Shown: positions 32,352-43,027, numbered from the stretch's first letter. The stretch: 64,000 nucleotides of DNA from Chamaesiphon sp. (GCA_965246715.1 CBDFFH010000025.1:23356-87355), one strand, 5' to 3'. The notes: generated by a model not told the origin, from the sequence alone. A program made the numbers and translations.

Positions 32352-32602
32352 AAAGGGTTGAATTTACTGAACTTTGATGAGAGGGCGACATGCTGCCAAT
32401 TTCTTAACCCTAACAAACGAATTTGAGGAAATTGTGAGGAGCTGATTCATTTATGCTTGATGCGATCGGATTTATTGCTTGATAAAGCGCGATCGCGCAA
32501 AGAATCGATAGCTATAAAATTTACGGCTATCGATCGAGTCCACTTTAAGAAATTGGTAAATTAGAGTTGCTTGAGAGCTTACGTTTTTCGACCGATCGAC
32601 CT

Positions 32603-34543
32603 TTATTTAATCGCCAACTGGCGATCTTTAACCTTGGCGTACTGACCCATCGGCTGATATTCTGGCACTAAGTCCCCTAGTGCCACGACACATTCAGCCA
32701 CGTTGCCCCGAGCTGCGGCTTCCAACAAATCGTTAAGTTGCTGCGACAGTTCTTTCCAACCTAACTTCGCTTCGTGGGCGCAGAAAATCTTCGGATGCCC
32801 TGTCGGCATCGCGGCATTACAATCGATTAACAGTTCTTCGTAGATTTTCTCACCAGGGCGCAACCCAGTAATTTCGATTTTGATATCCTTGTGGGGTTCC
32901 ATCCCATGCAAGCGAATCATTTGTGTAGCCAGATCGTAGATTTTGACAGGTTCGCCCATATCGAGAAGAAACACTTCACCACCCGTTGCCATCGCACCTG
33001 CTTGAATCACCAAAGTAGCAGCTTCGGGGATAGTCATGAAGTAGCGGGTAATATCGGCATGGGTAACAGTCAAGGATTTTCCGGACGCGATTTGCTCGCG
33101 GAAGCGGGGAACTACCGAGCCACTACTCCCCAGCACGTTACCGAATCGCACCATCGTAAAGCAAGTAGTGTGGGTAGGGAGATCGGCTAAACCTTGCAGT
33201 ACCAACTCAGCGGCGCGTTTGGTCGCACCCATGATGTTCGTCGGACGAACGGCTTTATCGGTAGAGATCAGGACAAATTTGTGGACTCGACAAGCGATCG
33301 CGCATTTAGCAGCAGTTAATGTACCGCCAATATTATTGATCGCCCCAGAGATGGGATTGGCTTCGACGATCGGCACGTGCTTGTAGGCTGCTGCGTGATA
33401 GACAGTTTCAACTTGATAGTCAGTCAGCACCTGCGTCAACTTTTGAGCGTCAGTGACCGATCCCAGGCAAGCAACTTTCGCTAATTCGGGGTAATTTTCG
33501 CCTAATTCCATGTCCATCTGGTAGAGTGCAAATTCATGCAACTCATAGATGATAAGTATTTTAGGCTGCTGCTTGGCAATTTGCCGACAGAGTTCCGACC
33601 CGATCGATCCCCCGCCTCCAGTTACTAATACCACTCGATCGGTAATGTCATGCTGAAGTAATTCGGGTCTTGCGGCAATCGGTTTTCGGCCTAAAAGATC
33701 TTCGATGTCTAATTCGCGAATTTTATTGACCGAGACATGACCGCTCAAAATCTCAGTGATACTCGGTACGGTTTTGACTGGTACGCCCAAAATTTGGAGT
33801 TGCTGTAAGATCTCCCGTTTGCGCTGTCCTTCGATCGAGGGCATCGCCAGGAGAATCTCTTCGAACCCAATATTTGCTTTTAACTTCAGCAAATCTGCTG
33901 GGGCATATACCCGCGTACCCTGGACGTTACGACCCTGAAGATAGCGACTATCATCGACAAACCCGATCGATTGTTTACCACGGTCTCCAGCCAAGGCTTG
34001 AGCGAGGATACAACCAGCGCTACCAGCGCCATAGATGACGACCCGACAAGTATGTTTAATGGGATAGTTGATCCGGCGGACTTGACCTAAAGTCAACCGG
34101 ACGCTCAGCCGAAAACCGACGATTAAAATTAGTGTTAGTATTCCATCATCGATCGGCAATGACATTGGGATCGTCGGGTCTACATACAATTTAACGATCG
34201 CGGCAGTAATTAACGAACTGCATAAGACCGCCTTGGCAATCGTTAACAGAAATTCTCCACCCGTGTACCGTAAGACCTGTTGATAAATCCCCAACACCCA
34301 AAACATTCCGATCGTGACGGCGATCTTCAGCACCACAAATGTGCCATGCTGCCAGAGTTCCATGGGTATGAAGCCAAATCCCCACTCAATCCCGATCGCC
34401 GCACAAATTGAAGTCAGGAACAAACCGATGTCGATCGCCGTCAGGATCGTATACTTCTGACTGTTAGAAAGTGCATCAACCAGTTTTTCAAGAGTTTTTG
34501 CTGTAGCTTCAATACTCAACAAAGATCGGCTGTTAGTGAACAT
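32603..34543 (-). CDS. Membrane-bound nucleoside-diphosphate sugar dehydratase/epimerase (CapD/PglF/WbpM family)
   Basis: Four TM, YGAGSAG, TGGGGSIGSELCRQ, HAAAYKHVP, STDKAVRPTNIMGATKR, RFGNVLGSSGSV, GLRPGEK. Confidence 0.93.
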   Translation of the reverse strand: MFTNSRSLLSIEATAKTLEKLVDALSNSQKYTILTAIDIGLFLTSICAAIGIEWGFGFIPMELWQHGTFVVLKIAVTIGMFWVLGIYQQVLRYTGGEFLLTIAKAVLCSSLITAAIVKLYVDPTIPMSLPIDDGILTLILIVGFRLSVRLTLGQVRRINYPIKHTCRVVIYGAGSAGCILAQALAGDRGKQSIGFVDDSRYLQGRNVQGTRVYAPADLLKLKANIGFEEILLAMPSIEGQRKREILQQLQILGVPVKTVPSITEILSGHVSVNKIRELDIEDLLGRKPIAARPELLQHDITDRVVLVTGGGGSIGSELCRQIAKQQPKILIIYELHEFALYQMDMELGENYPELAKVACLGSVTDAQKLTQVLTDYQVETVYHAAAYKHVPIVEANPISGAINNIGGTLTAAKCAIACRVHKFVLISTDKAVRPTNIMGATKRAAELVLQGLADLPTHTTCFTMVRFGNVLGSSGSVVPRFREQIASGKSLTVTHADITRYFMTIPEAATLVIQAGAMATGGEVFLLDMGEPVKIYDLATQMIRLHGMEPHKDIKIEITGLRPGEKIYEELLIDCNAAMPTGHPKIFCAHEAKLGWKELSQQLNDLLEAAARGNVAECVVALGDLVPEYQPMGQYAKVKDRQLAIK

Positions 34544-35024
34544 AGTGTTATGACACGATCGACGGTTTTAACAAAGTGGAAATTATTTTTTCAACCAAGT
34601 TTGAAACTTGATTTCTCTACTTTACTAACAATATCGCAATCTAACCGATAAGTTAGTTTAGTAAATTGGCAACCGATCGAACGAACCGATCTAAACTGAG
34701 GACTTTTGAGCGACTGCGATGCTCGGGGACAGCTTATGGGAGTTTGACCAATACTTCTAAAGTATATTTTTTTCCGGCAAATGTACTCAGCCAAATATCT
34801 GAACTTGGCAGACAGAGGCTGAGAGCAATTGCGCTACTGTCTCGATCTGAAAAGTCTTGGATTAGGAAAAAATATGCGTAAATTCAACTGATGGGTGGAA
34901 CAAACTACTGCCCAAAAGCGATCGCTTTATAAACTTACAACAAATAATTAATTTCTCTCGATCCGGAAATTTACAGTAGAATGTAAGTGAATACTTTTCC
35001 GGTGAGGAGTGCACTAGGGAAACC

Positions 35025-36758
35025 ATGAACAAAAAAAACCAACAATCTAATTTCAAATACGCCCAAGTCGGTCGAATTGCAGCTTTGCTATTAGGCTCGA
35101 TTGCGACAGGTATGCTGGCTACCGGATCGGCATTTGCCGAATCGAATGCGCCTCGTATCAATGACTCGCTTGGCAAGCTCACTACATCAGCGCCAACGAC
35201 CGAGACGCTCAAAACCGATCGCCCGACTACTGCGCCAGCAGCAAAACAGATCGCACAAGCTAGCGATGTTGCCGGTAATTGGGCCGAACCTTTCATCAGA
35301 GTTTTAGTTGAGAAAGATATCATCAAGGGCTATCCTGATGGAACTTTCCGACCCGACCAACCGATCACTCGCGCCGAATTTGCCGCGTTACTCAACAAAG
35401 CTTTCGAGCTTCAACCCGTGCGGGCTGCTCGTAAATTTAAAGACGTACCCAAAAAATATTGGGCCGCAGATGTCATCCAAAAAGCTTACCAAAGTGGATT
35501 TTTGGCTGGCTATCCCAACGGTACCTTTGCTCCCAAACAAAATATCGTCCGGATTCAAAGTTTAGTTTCGCTAGTTAATGGCAGCAAGTTAGAGCCGACT
35601 GGCACATTAGATCTAAATAGCGTATTTGGCGATGCCGCTCAAGTACCTAGTTACGGTCAGAACGCATTAATCGCCGCAACCCAACGTTGCGTAGCTGTGA
35701 GTGTCGAGTACGATAGCAGCAAACTCCCTGGTGGTAACTTCGGCCCCAATACCGTTGCCACTCGTGCTGATGTAGCTGCATATATCCACCAAGTATTAGT
35801 CGGTGCGGGCAAATTAACTGCTTTACCGGCTAACAGTCCTGGGAATAAATACGTTGCATCTTGTCCTCAAGGTACATACGTAACTAGCATTAGTGGTACC
35901 ACTACGCCGCCACCTGCTACTGTGACTGCTGATGAAGCGATCTCTAAATTAAGCGTTCCCGGTCAATTACCCGAAATTGCGGGTAAATCTGGTGCTGTCA
36001 ATACATTCCCCGTCGGCGGTCTCGGTACGCCGACAGCATTTGGAGCGAGCACGGGCTTATTTGTTGGTGCTAGCTACCAAAATCAAACTCGTCCGAATAT
36101 CTACGGGACTCCACCAAACACTGCTGTACCCTTCACGGCAGAAACAAATAAACGTCCAGAGACTTATGCCTACTCTGCTGGCATCGGTCTGGGTGACGCG
36201 CGTAACTTTGTAGGCTTAGAGACAGTTGCGACCACTTACAACCGACCTAACGCTGGTATTTTTGATAATGGTGGCATCAGTTTCAAGCTGCACAAATTAA
36301 TCGGCGAAAACTTTGCGATCGCTGGTGGATTTGAAAATGCGATTACGTTCGGTAACAACTCAGGTGGTTTCTCCACTCGTGATGGCGGCGTAAATGGCGG
36401 TCGGACTGGCTACGGTGTGGCTAGTATCGTCCTCAATCCCGATCCTAATCCTGGCTTCTTTAGCAATACAACACTATCAGTCGGTGCTGGTGCTGGTCGC
36501 TTCCGGACTGTTGGTGATATCCGCAATGGACGCGATACTGTCAACGTCTTTGGTAGTATCGGTACTCGGTTATCCTCTAACTTCTCCCTCGTTGCTGACT
36601 GGAATGGTCAAGATTTGGGAGTTGGTTTACCCATTACCATTCCTTTCGGCGATGGTGGTGCTTCCTTCCAAGTGACTCCTGCGCTTGTCGATCTAGTAAA
36701 TAATGAAACTGGCGGTTCACGCTTTGTTGTCAGCGGTGGTTTGGGTTTCCAATTCTAA
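35025..36758 (+). CDS. S-layer homology domain protein with C-terminal beta-rich (barrel-like) domain
   Basis: Signal peptide; SLH motifs GYPDGTFRPDQPITRAEFA, GYPNGTFAP, ATRADVAA; amphipathic strands ending GLGFQF. Confidence 0.88.
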   Translation: MNKKNQQSNFKYAQVGRIAALLLGSIATGMLATGSAFAESNAPRINDSLGKLTTSAPTTETLKTDRPTTAPAAKQIAQASDVAGNWAEPFIRVLVEKDIIKGYPDGTFRPDQPITRAEFAALLNKAFELQPVRAARKFKDVPKKYWAADVIQKAYQSGFLAGYPNGTFAPKQNIVRIQSLVSLVNGSKLEPTGTLDLNSVFGDAAQVPSYGQNALIAATQRCVAVSVEYDSSKLPGGNFGPNTVATRADVAAYIHQVLVGAGKLTALPANSPGNKYVASCPQGTYVTSISGTTTPPPATVTADEAISKLSVPGQLPEIAGKSGAVNTFPVGGLGTPTAFGASTGLFVGASYQNQTRPNIYGTPPNTAVPFTAETNKRPETYAYSAGIGLGDARNFVGLETVATTYNRPNAGIFDNGGISFKLHKLIGENFAIAGGFENAITFGNNSGGFSTRDGGVNGGRTGYGVASIVLNPDPNPGFFSNTTLSVGAGAGRFRTVGDIRNGRDTVNVFGSIGTRLSSNFSLVADWNGQDLGVGLPITIPFGDGGASFQVTPALVDLVNNETGGSRFVVSGGLGFQF

Positions 36759-36855
36759 TCGCAGCTAGTCGATTGTCGATCTGAGGGAAGTTTGAGCACT
36801 TGCGCTCATGCTTCCCAATCGAATTATTCATCTTCGTCATACACGAGTGCAAACT

Positions 36856-37521
36856 ATGAAAATATCTGCTTATCTCTTAGGATTGCTGGCGGTAGCTAGT
36901 CCGATCGCCTTCAATATTACTGCGGCTAACGCTCAAGTCGGTAACGGATCTGACAACGGTAATACCTTCAATTCGTTCGTCAATGTTGGTGGCGGCGGTA
37001 TTCGCGGCGGTGGCGGTCAACCTTCCTATGCATCCGCAAGTCAAAGTGCTGTAGACCAATTTTCACAGTCTTTAACTGCGAATAGCCTCGGCGACCAAGC
37101 TACTTTCGATACGATCAATGGTGGCGCACCTGGGCCTTTAGTTGCAGCTTTAGTACCCAGCGGCGTTCCTGCTGATGGTGCGACTGGTAAAGCCGCTGCT
37201 AATTTAGCTACTACCGTTCAAGGGCTGCGGTCTGGTGACGGTAAGATCAATGCCACCAAACTCAATGCAGCAGTGCCAGCTTATAACGACTACGTGAAAG
37301 CGCTAGTTGGCGAACTAGGCCCAGAAAAAGCACTTGCTAACGCACCTGCTGGCCAAAAAGCACTGCAAGGATTGTTGAGCCAATTAGTTCAAGTTGCCAG
37401 CCAATCGGCACCTGCGCCCGCACAGTCGGCACCTAGCACACCTTCTGCGCCTAGTACACCTTCGGATCCAACAGTTCCATCTGTACCTACTACTCCACCT
37501 GCACCCCCAACTCCTAGATAG
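36856..37521 (+). CDS. Secreted Gly/Ala-rich hypothetical protein with Pro/Ser/Thr tail
   Basis: Signal peptide ending AANA; LNAAVPAYNDYV; APSTPS repeats; ATG 36856 (track start 36808). Confidence 0.75.
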   Translation: MKISAYLLGLLAVASPIAFNITAANAQVGNGSDNGNTFNSFVNVGGGGIRGGGGQPSYASASQSAVDQFSQSLTANSLGDQATFDTINGGAPGPLVAALVPSGVPADGATGKAAANLATTVQGLRSGDGKINATKLNAAVPAYNDYVKALVGELGPEKALANAPAGQKALQGLLSQLVQVASQSAPAPAQSAPSTPSAPSTPSDPTVPSVPTTPPAPPTPR

Positions 37522-37557
37522 TAGCTCGATCTAAATTATCGACTGCTAGGATGTAAC

Positions 37558-37595
37558 TAACAGGAGTGAGAAACAGGGTTTTCTCACTCCTGTTA
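37558..37595 (+). terminator. Intrinsic terminator hairpin
   Basis: taacaggagtgagaaa-cagggt-tttctcactcctgtta 16-bp perfect stem followed by T-rich sequence. Confidence 0.8.
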
Positions 37596-37632
37596 TTGTT
37601 TTAGATATATACACTTATTGCTACTCCCCTGT

Positions 37633-38631
37633 ATGACCGAAACAATCACCGATGGCTTGCCCACACAGATATCGATCGAGTTATCGAGTAACGATCGCGC
37701 GATTGCATTAGCAGGTACTCAGGACGAAAATCTGAAAATCTTGGCGCAACAAACTGGGGCGAGATTGGTATTGCGCGGACAGGATCTAATTGTCAGTGGT
37801 ACGAGCGCTCAAATCGATCGTGCGAGCGCGATTATTCGGCTATTACAACCATTCTGGCAAGAGGGGAAGCAGATTTCCGCCGTAGAAATTCGGACAGCAG
37901 TACAAGCGTTGGACGATGGCAAGCAAGAGCGATTGCGGGCGATGCAAACTGAAATTCTCGCGACCAATCGTAAAGGCGATCGAATTCGCCCGAAAACTGT
38001 CGCCCAGTGGGAATACGTGCGTGCCATCCGCGAACACGAACTGACTTTTTGTATCGGCCCTGCGGGGACTGGGAAAACTTATTTAGCAGCAGTTTTAGCT
38101 GTTCGCGCCTTACTAGATGGAGAGTGCGAACGCATAGTGCTGACGCGTCCAGCCGTCGAAGCAGGGGAGAAATTAGGGTTTTTGCCTGGAGATCTCCAGC
38201 AGAAAGTCGATCCGTTTTTGCGCCCATTGTATGACGCTCTGCATGAATTTATCGATGCCGATAAGATTCCGAGCCTGATGGAGAAAGGGACGATCGAAAT
38301 TGCACCGTTGGCTTACATGCGGGGGCGGACGTTAAGCAATGCCTTTGTAATTGTCGATGAGGCACAGAATACTACCCCATCACAAATGAAAATGTTACTG
38401 ACGCGGCTCGGTTATCGATCGCGCATGGTCGTGACTGGCGATGTGACGCAAACCGATTTACCGGCAAATCAAACTTCCGGATTGGTTATTTCCCAACAAA
38501 TATTGCAGAATATCAAAGGGATTAAATTCTGCTATTTTACTAAAAGCGATGTCGTGCGCCACGCACTAGTAGAGCGAATTGTCGCAGCATACGAACGACA
38601 CGAGACCGTAAATCGATCGAAAAGTGATTGA
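37633..38631 (+). CDS. phoH: PhoH family ATPase
   Basis: GPAGTGKT, LTRPAVEAGEKLGFLPGD, YMRGRT, DEAQN, LTRLG, GDVTQTDL. Confidence 0.95.
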   Translation: MTETITDGLPTQISIELSSNDRAIALAGTQDENLKILAQQTGARLVLRGQDLIVSGTSAQIDRASAIIRLLQPFWQEGKQISAVEIRTAVQALDDGKQERLRAMQTEILATNRKGDRIRPKTVAQWEYVRAIREHELTFCIGPAGTGKTYLAAVLAVRALLDGECERIVLTRPAVEAGEKLGFLPGDLQQKVDPFLRPLYDALHEFIDADKIPSLMEKGTIEIAPLAYMRGRTLSNAFVIVDEAQNTTPSQMKMLLTRLGYRSRMVVTGDVTQTDLPANQTSGLVISQQILQNIKGIKFCYFTKSDVVRHALVERIVAAYERHETVNRSKSD

Positions 38632-38695
38632 TTCTATGCTGCAATCGTTTCTACCACATAAGCTGTAGATAAAACCTACCCGCAGTGCCAAAATT

Positions 38696-39670
38696 CTACA
38701 ATGGTAGCTCCCTGGCACTGCGGAGTTTGCGGTATTGTAACTGAAGTGCGTCTGCAGCGACAAAAATTTCGGCAGTAAGTTCGTCAGGAATTAGTTGGGG
38801 AGATTGAGATTCGACAATCGGCCGATCTTGCTCGAAGATTTTCATCGTTCGCCGATCGGCATCTCGATCTGCCCACTTTCCGGTAAAAAAGCTCCGAAAG
38901 TTCACCCATTTACTTATGGTAGTATTCAGATCGATCGGGACGTGAGCTGTCCAAATTGTTAATTGACCGAAGGGAAGATAGACTTCGAGAAAGGTGAGAT
39001 TGGGCAATACAAATCCCGTGCGGGTTTTAATCGGCGGGCGCTCTTTTTTTGCCAGCAGTTTCCACAAACCTTTCGGGGGATTAGCATCGAGCATCACTGT
39101 CGCACTAGCGCCCCAGTCAAAATTTTCAATTATCAAATCGTCAATTTCGGGCGCTTCAGGATTGCCAAATGCGCCTCCATGCACGAAAGGTGCGTGAGCA
39201 AAATCTAAACTGTTTTCCAACACGCGCTCGTAATTAGCATTCCAGTGAAATTCACCATGAATCGATCTCAGCTCCTTGGCTCCAAATTGGGGAATATCTG
39301 GCAGGGGGATTTGCTCCGCTCGCGCTGACTCGCCAATAAAAATCCAGACCCAACCATATTTTTCCCGGACTGGATAAGTGGTAATTTTGGCTCGATCGGG
39401 AATTTTAGCGGAGCCTTGCTGTGAAGGAATTTTCACACAAGTACCATCCGATCGATATTGCCAACCATGATAGGGACAAACCAGACAATCTCCTTCTACC
39501 CAACCATTGGCTAAAGCTGCTCCACGATGGCTACAGGCATCGTCCATCGCGTAAATTTGCCCATCAGCAGTGCGAAACAGTACTAGCTTGCGATCGATGA
39601 TGTGCAGCGAGCGTGGTCGAGCATCGATGAGATTGCTAAATTCGACAGCATACCAAAAGTTGTTTAACAT
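38696..39670 (-). CDS. Rieske non-heme iron oxygenase alpha subunit (VanA-like)
   Basis: CSHRG...CPYHGW Rieske motif, ENSLDFAHAPFVH iron motif, EQD. Confidence 0.9.
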   Translation of the reverse strand: MLNNFWYAVEFSNLIDARPRSLHIIDRKLVLFRTADGQIYAMDDACSHRGAALANGWVEGDCLVCPYHGWQYRSDGTCVKIPSQQGSAKIPDRAKITTYPVREKYGWVWIFIGESARAEQIPLPDIPQFGAKELRSIHGEFHWNANYERVLENSLDFAHAPFVHGGAFGNPEAPEIDDLIIENFDWGASATVMLDANPPKGLWKLLAKKERPPIKTRTGFVLPNLTFLEVYLPFGQLTIWTAHVPIDLNTTISKWVNFRSFFTGKWADRDADRRTMKIFEQDRPIVESQSPQLIPDELTAEIFVAADALQLQYRKLRSARELPL

Positions 39671-39987
39671 CTTATCTCGATCGACTTCTAGTGGTCACTA
39701 TAGCAATTTCAGCAGCGCTTAACCGCCGAGTGCGCCGATCTCCGACCTAAATAATCCTGATAAAAATTCGCGATCGAATTCGGTCGATAGCGAAGCTAAT
39801 TTCCAGAAGGTCGTATTTTTAGAGTTACTCGGTGGAGTACCTCTTAAGCAAATATCCTTAACCCGTTGGCGTAGCCTCTCCGGTAGGAGAAACTCACGTT
39901 AAATTAGTTAATAATCGCTCTGTACATACTGGTATTCATTAAGATCGCTCTGACGAGAAAACAGATATCCCTCAATCTTTAAAATTT

Positions 39988-40542
39988 ATGTCTCGCCGTT
40001 ATTTTCTCAATAGTTTATTAGCAATGTGTCTGAGTGCGATCGCGTGGCTGAATGTCACCCCTGCAGTATGGGCGATGGGCGGGAAACTACCGACATTGGA
40101 TCTACCCGCACCTGAATTTACACTACCGACGAATACAGGTAAAGGGCAAATCTCGCTCGCTGATTATTCAGGGAAATGGGTGGTTTTATATTTTTACCCT
40201 AAAGACTTTACTTCTGGCTGTACCTTGGAAGCACGGAGATTTCAACAAGATATCAGCAAGTATCAACAACGCCATGCCGAAATTGTCGGTGTGAGTGCGG
40301 ATTCGATCGATTCTCATGCGGAATTTTGCGATTCGGAGGGGTTGAAGTTCCCGCTTTTGGCCGATACCGATGGGGCGATTAGTAAGGCTTATGGTTCGTG
40401 GATGGGGATTTATTCGATGCGTCACAGCTTTATCATCGATCCGCAAGGTATTTTGCGTGCTACGTTTACGGATGTCAATCCTACCGCTCACAGTAAGGAA
40501 GTATTAACCGAACTCGATAAGCTCCAACACGTGAGAGTTTAA
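39988..40542 (+). CDS. Peroxiredoxin Q/BCP with N-terminal export signal
   Basis: YFYPKDFTSGCTLEA motif; SRRYFL Tat-like signal. Confidence 0.9.
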   Translation: MSRRYFLNSLLAMCLSAIAWLNVTPAVWAMGGKLPTLDLPAPEFTLPTNTGKGQISLADYSGKWVVLYFYPKDFTSGCTLEARRFQQDISKYQQRHAEIVGVSADSIDSHAEFCDSEGLKFPLLADTDGAISKAYGSWMGIYSMRHSFIIDPQGILRATFTDVNPTAHSKEVLTELDKLQHVRV

Positions 40543-40578
40543 TAATTTATCTACTGTCATGTCAGTAATTAACCTCAG

Positions 40579-40853
40579 TTCGGATTAAGGATATTGGCTT
40601 CGCTCTAGCACCGCCGGCGGTTAAAACCGCTGCTTATGATGCAAAGTCCGCCTACGCGGACTGATTAACTACTCCGCGTAGCGAAAAGTGCATTTGGTCG
40701 GCTAGCCTTTTGGTCGGCTCGCCGACCATTAGACCAGTAGGTCTTGGGCTTCGATCGAGTGGAGCACCTTTTCAAGACAGACGGACTTTGCAATACTAGC
40801 AACGATTTCAATCGAGTGCGGTGCTAGAGCGGAGCCAATATCCCTGACCCGAA
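40579..40853. repeat. About 275-bp long imperfect palindrome (MITE/REP-composite) between convergent genes
   Basis: ttcggattaaggatattggcttcgctctagcaccgc pairs with gcggtgctagagcggagccaatatccctgacccgaa; inner tgcaaagtccg/cggactttgca pair. Confidence 0.8.
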
Positions 40854-40863
40854 TTCACTCACG

Positions 40864-41595
40864 TTAACTATCAAACAAAACAGTCGTCATATAATTTTCT
40901 GCCCATTCAGTACCAAAAGCGTTTTCTAGAATGCGGCGAGTTTTATCGTTTTGTTGTTGCTTGGTGCAATAGTAGTTTTGTGCGGCAACGATTTCAGCGC
41001 GTTCGATCGAACTGACAGGGACAGAGCGAGCTGCTTGTTGACAGTGAATCGTCAGCATCGCCGTCACTCGATCGAGAAACCATTGCTCTTCTTCGGGAGA
41101 AGTCGGGCGCACAAAAAAGCAAAATTCCGAGAAAATATCCGCCCATTCTGGCAATTCGCGCGGTTGAGTGAATTTGTGTGCGGGTAATTGGTGCAGGGGG
41201 ATGCGATATTTATCTGGCAATACTCGCTGGGCATTGAGTGGGGATAAATCGGCAATTGCGGCGCTGATTTGTCCGCGCCCTGCTACGATATCCGTCCCAA
41301 ACATCGGTAGTGCGTACTCCGAATGCGGAAACATCACACAATGGAGAATGTCTAAGTTCTTCCCAACTTTGGCGAGTTCGAGATGGAGTTTCCGAAATTG
41401 GGGCGTTTGATAGCACTTATTTTCGATGACTAGCTTTTCCCCTTCTAGTCGTCCTTCGACATAGCCTAATTCCGCCGGAAGGTGATATGGAGACAGATCC
41501 AAGTATTTTTCCCACACGGTTTCGATCGCATTTGCAAGTTGCTGAATGAGATTGTGTTGGCGCGAGCGCAGCGAATGGGTACTAGTTTCGAGCAT
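40864..41595 (-). CDS. pcyA: Phycocyanobilin:ferredoxin oxidoreductase
   Basis: FRKLHLELA, LDILHCVMFP, LPMFGTDIV, SAAIADLSP, QQQNDKTRR; ATG 41595. Confidence 0.95.
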   Translation of the reverse strand: MLETSTHSLRSRQHNLIQQLANAIETVWEKYLDLSPYHLPAELGYVEGRLEGEKLVIENKCYQTPQFRKLHLELAKVGKNLDILHCVMFPHSEYALPMFGTDIVAGRGQISAAIADLSPLNAQRVLPDKYRIPLHQLPAHKFTQPRELPEWADIFSEFCFFVRPTSPEEEQWFLDRVTAMLTIHCQQAARSVPVSSIERAEIVAAQNYYCTKQQQNDKTRRILENAFGTEWAENYMTTVLFDS

Positions 41596-41693
41596 AAAAT
41601 TAAAGGTGGTTTTCCCAGTCGGTGTCGATCGCGCTGGCAAGTTGCTGGATCGGAGGGTGGTGGCGCGCTCTCAGTGATGAATCAATCAATTCA

Positions 41694-42122
41694 CCCCTAA
41701 TTCCGTAGCAGCCATTTTTGACTATTGAGCCGGAGGATTACGCCTGAGACGAGCAGATCGAGGGTGATTTTACGTTCATCGATCGGGAAGGGTTCGATCG
41801 TGCTCGATTTATTCCCACGATCGTGGCAGGAGATCGCCCCTAATTCCGCAGTAGCCATTTTTGACTATTGAGCCGGAGGATTACGCCTGAGACGAGCAGA
41901 TCGAGGGTGATTTTACGTTCATCGATCGGGAAGGGTTCGATCGTGCTCGATTTATTCCCACGATCGTGGCAGGAGATCGCCCCTAATTCCGCAGTAGCCA
42001 TTTTTGACTATTGAGCCGGAGGATTACGCCTGAGACGAGCAGATCGAGGGTGATTTTACGTTCATCGATCAGGAAGGGTTCGATCGTGCTCGATTTATTC
42101 CCACGATCGTGGCAGGAGATCG
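41694..42122. repeat. Three tandem 143-bp direct repeats equal to the 3' end of the ndhV-like gene
   Basis: Units start at 41694, 41837 and 41980; only three variable positions seen. Confidence 0.95.
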
Positions 42123-42498
42123 CTCGTTGCCCTTGGATATTATCATCGATAAAATAGACGTTAAATTGGCGTTGTCCGCCATTCCAATGACCGATGACTT
42201 GACTGCACTCCGGCGCGGTTTCAAAGCCTTTGACGGGGATTTTCGCCCGTTCTAGAGCGATCTGGAGATCGCTAATGCCTTTGTCAGCGAGGGCTTGTTT
42301 GAGGGCTGGTAAATACTCTTGTTGGATAAAGTCAGTGAAGGGCTTATCCTCAAGCGCTGGTGGTTTTTCCTTCTTGGGGGGGACTTTTTTTTCCGCAGGT
42401 GCAGCGGTATCGGATTCAGGTGCCGCCGCATCTGTAGCGGGTGGTTTGGCTTTTTTCCCTGCGGCTGCGGGAGCTTTGTCTTGAGATTCTTCTGACAT
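41983..42498 (-). CDS. ndhV: DUF2996 family protein, NDH-1 subunit V
   Basis: KKEKPPALEDKPF, FLIDERKITLDLLV, RLNSQKWL; Ala/Pro/Lys-rich N-terminus. Confidence 0.8.
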   Translation of the reverse strand: MSEESQDKAPAAAGKKAKPPATDAAAPESDTAAPAEKKVPPKKEKPPALEDKPFTDFIQQEYLPALKQALADKGISDLQIALERAKIPVKGFETAPECSQVIGHWNGGQRQFNVYFIDDNIQGQRAISCHDRGNKSSTIEPFLIDERKITLDLLVSGVILRLNSQKWLLRN

Positions 42499-43027
42499 AT
42501 CGATCGCTTACATTGCTTTACAGGACACAGGGAGCAGTCTCTCTCATTTTACCGCAACCACCGCTAGCTCGATCGATCTCTGTGTGGGGATGCTAAATTT
42601 CGCAACAATCTGCCTTCAACTTGGGGTAGCGCTTCCGTCATCATCAGTCGGCTCGCTCGCTTTATGCCAGTTTAATTGCTTTTTGCAATTTGTGAAATAA
42701 AATATAGCAGACGATCCAATAGAGCTGGCATGTAACTAAAACGTACTTTTTTGGACGAGATTGCGCTCTAATAAACTCAGCAAACGTAAGCCTAGATCCA
42801 GATAAGACTTTATCTCTTTGGGTGCAATGAAACTACTAGCGGTAGAAGTTTTACCCTGTTCATTGCGTACGGATTGAAAACCCGTACCAGTCCCAAATGG
42901 ATAAATCATCACTGCAGATCCATTTGCCTGCGTACAAACTTTATGACCTTCATAAAACTTTAGAAGATTGGGGGCGAAGAGATCGCTGACTTCATCGACT
43001 CGATCGGCATCCAATCGATATCGCTTA

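Noticed and set aside
41694..42122. 143-bp repeats as a CRISPR array or DGR template/variable repeat
   Set aside because: No unique spacers, unit equals coding sequence, differences are not one-way adenine-specific, and no reverse transcriptase or cas gene is in the window.
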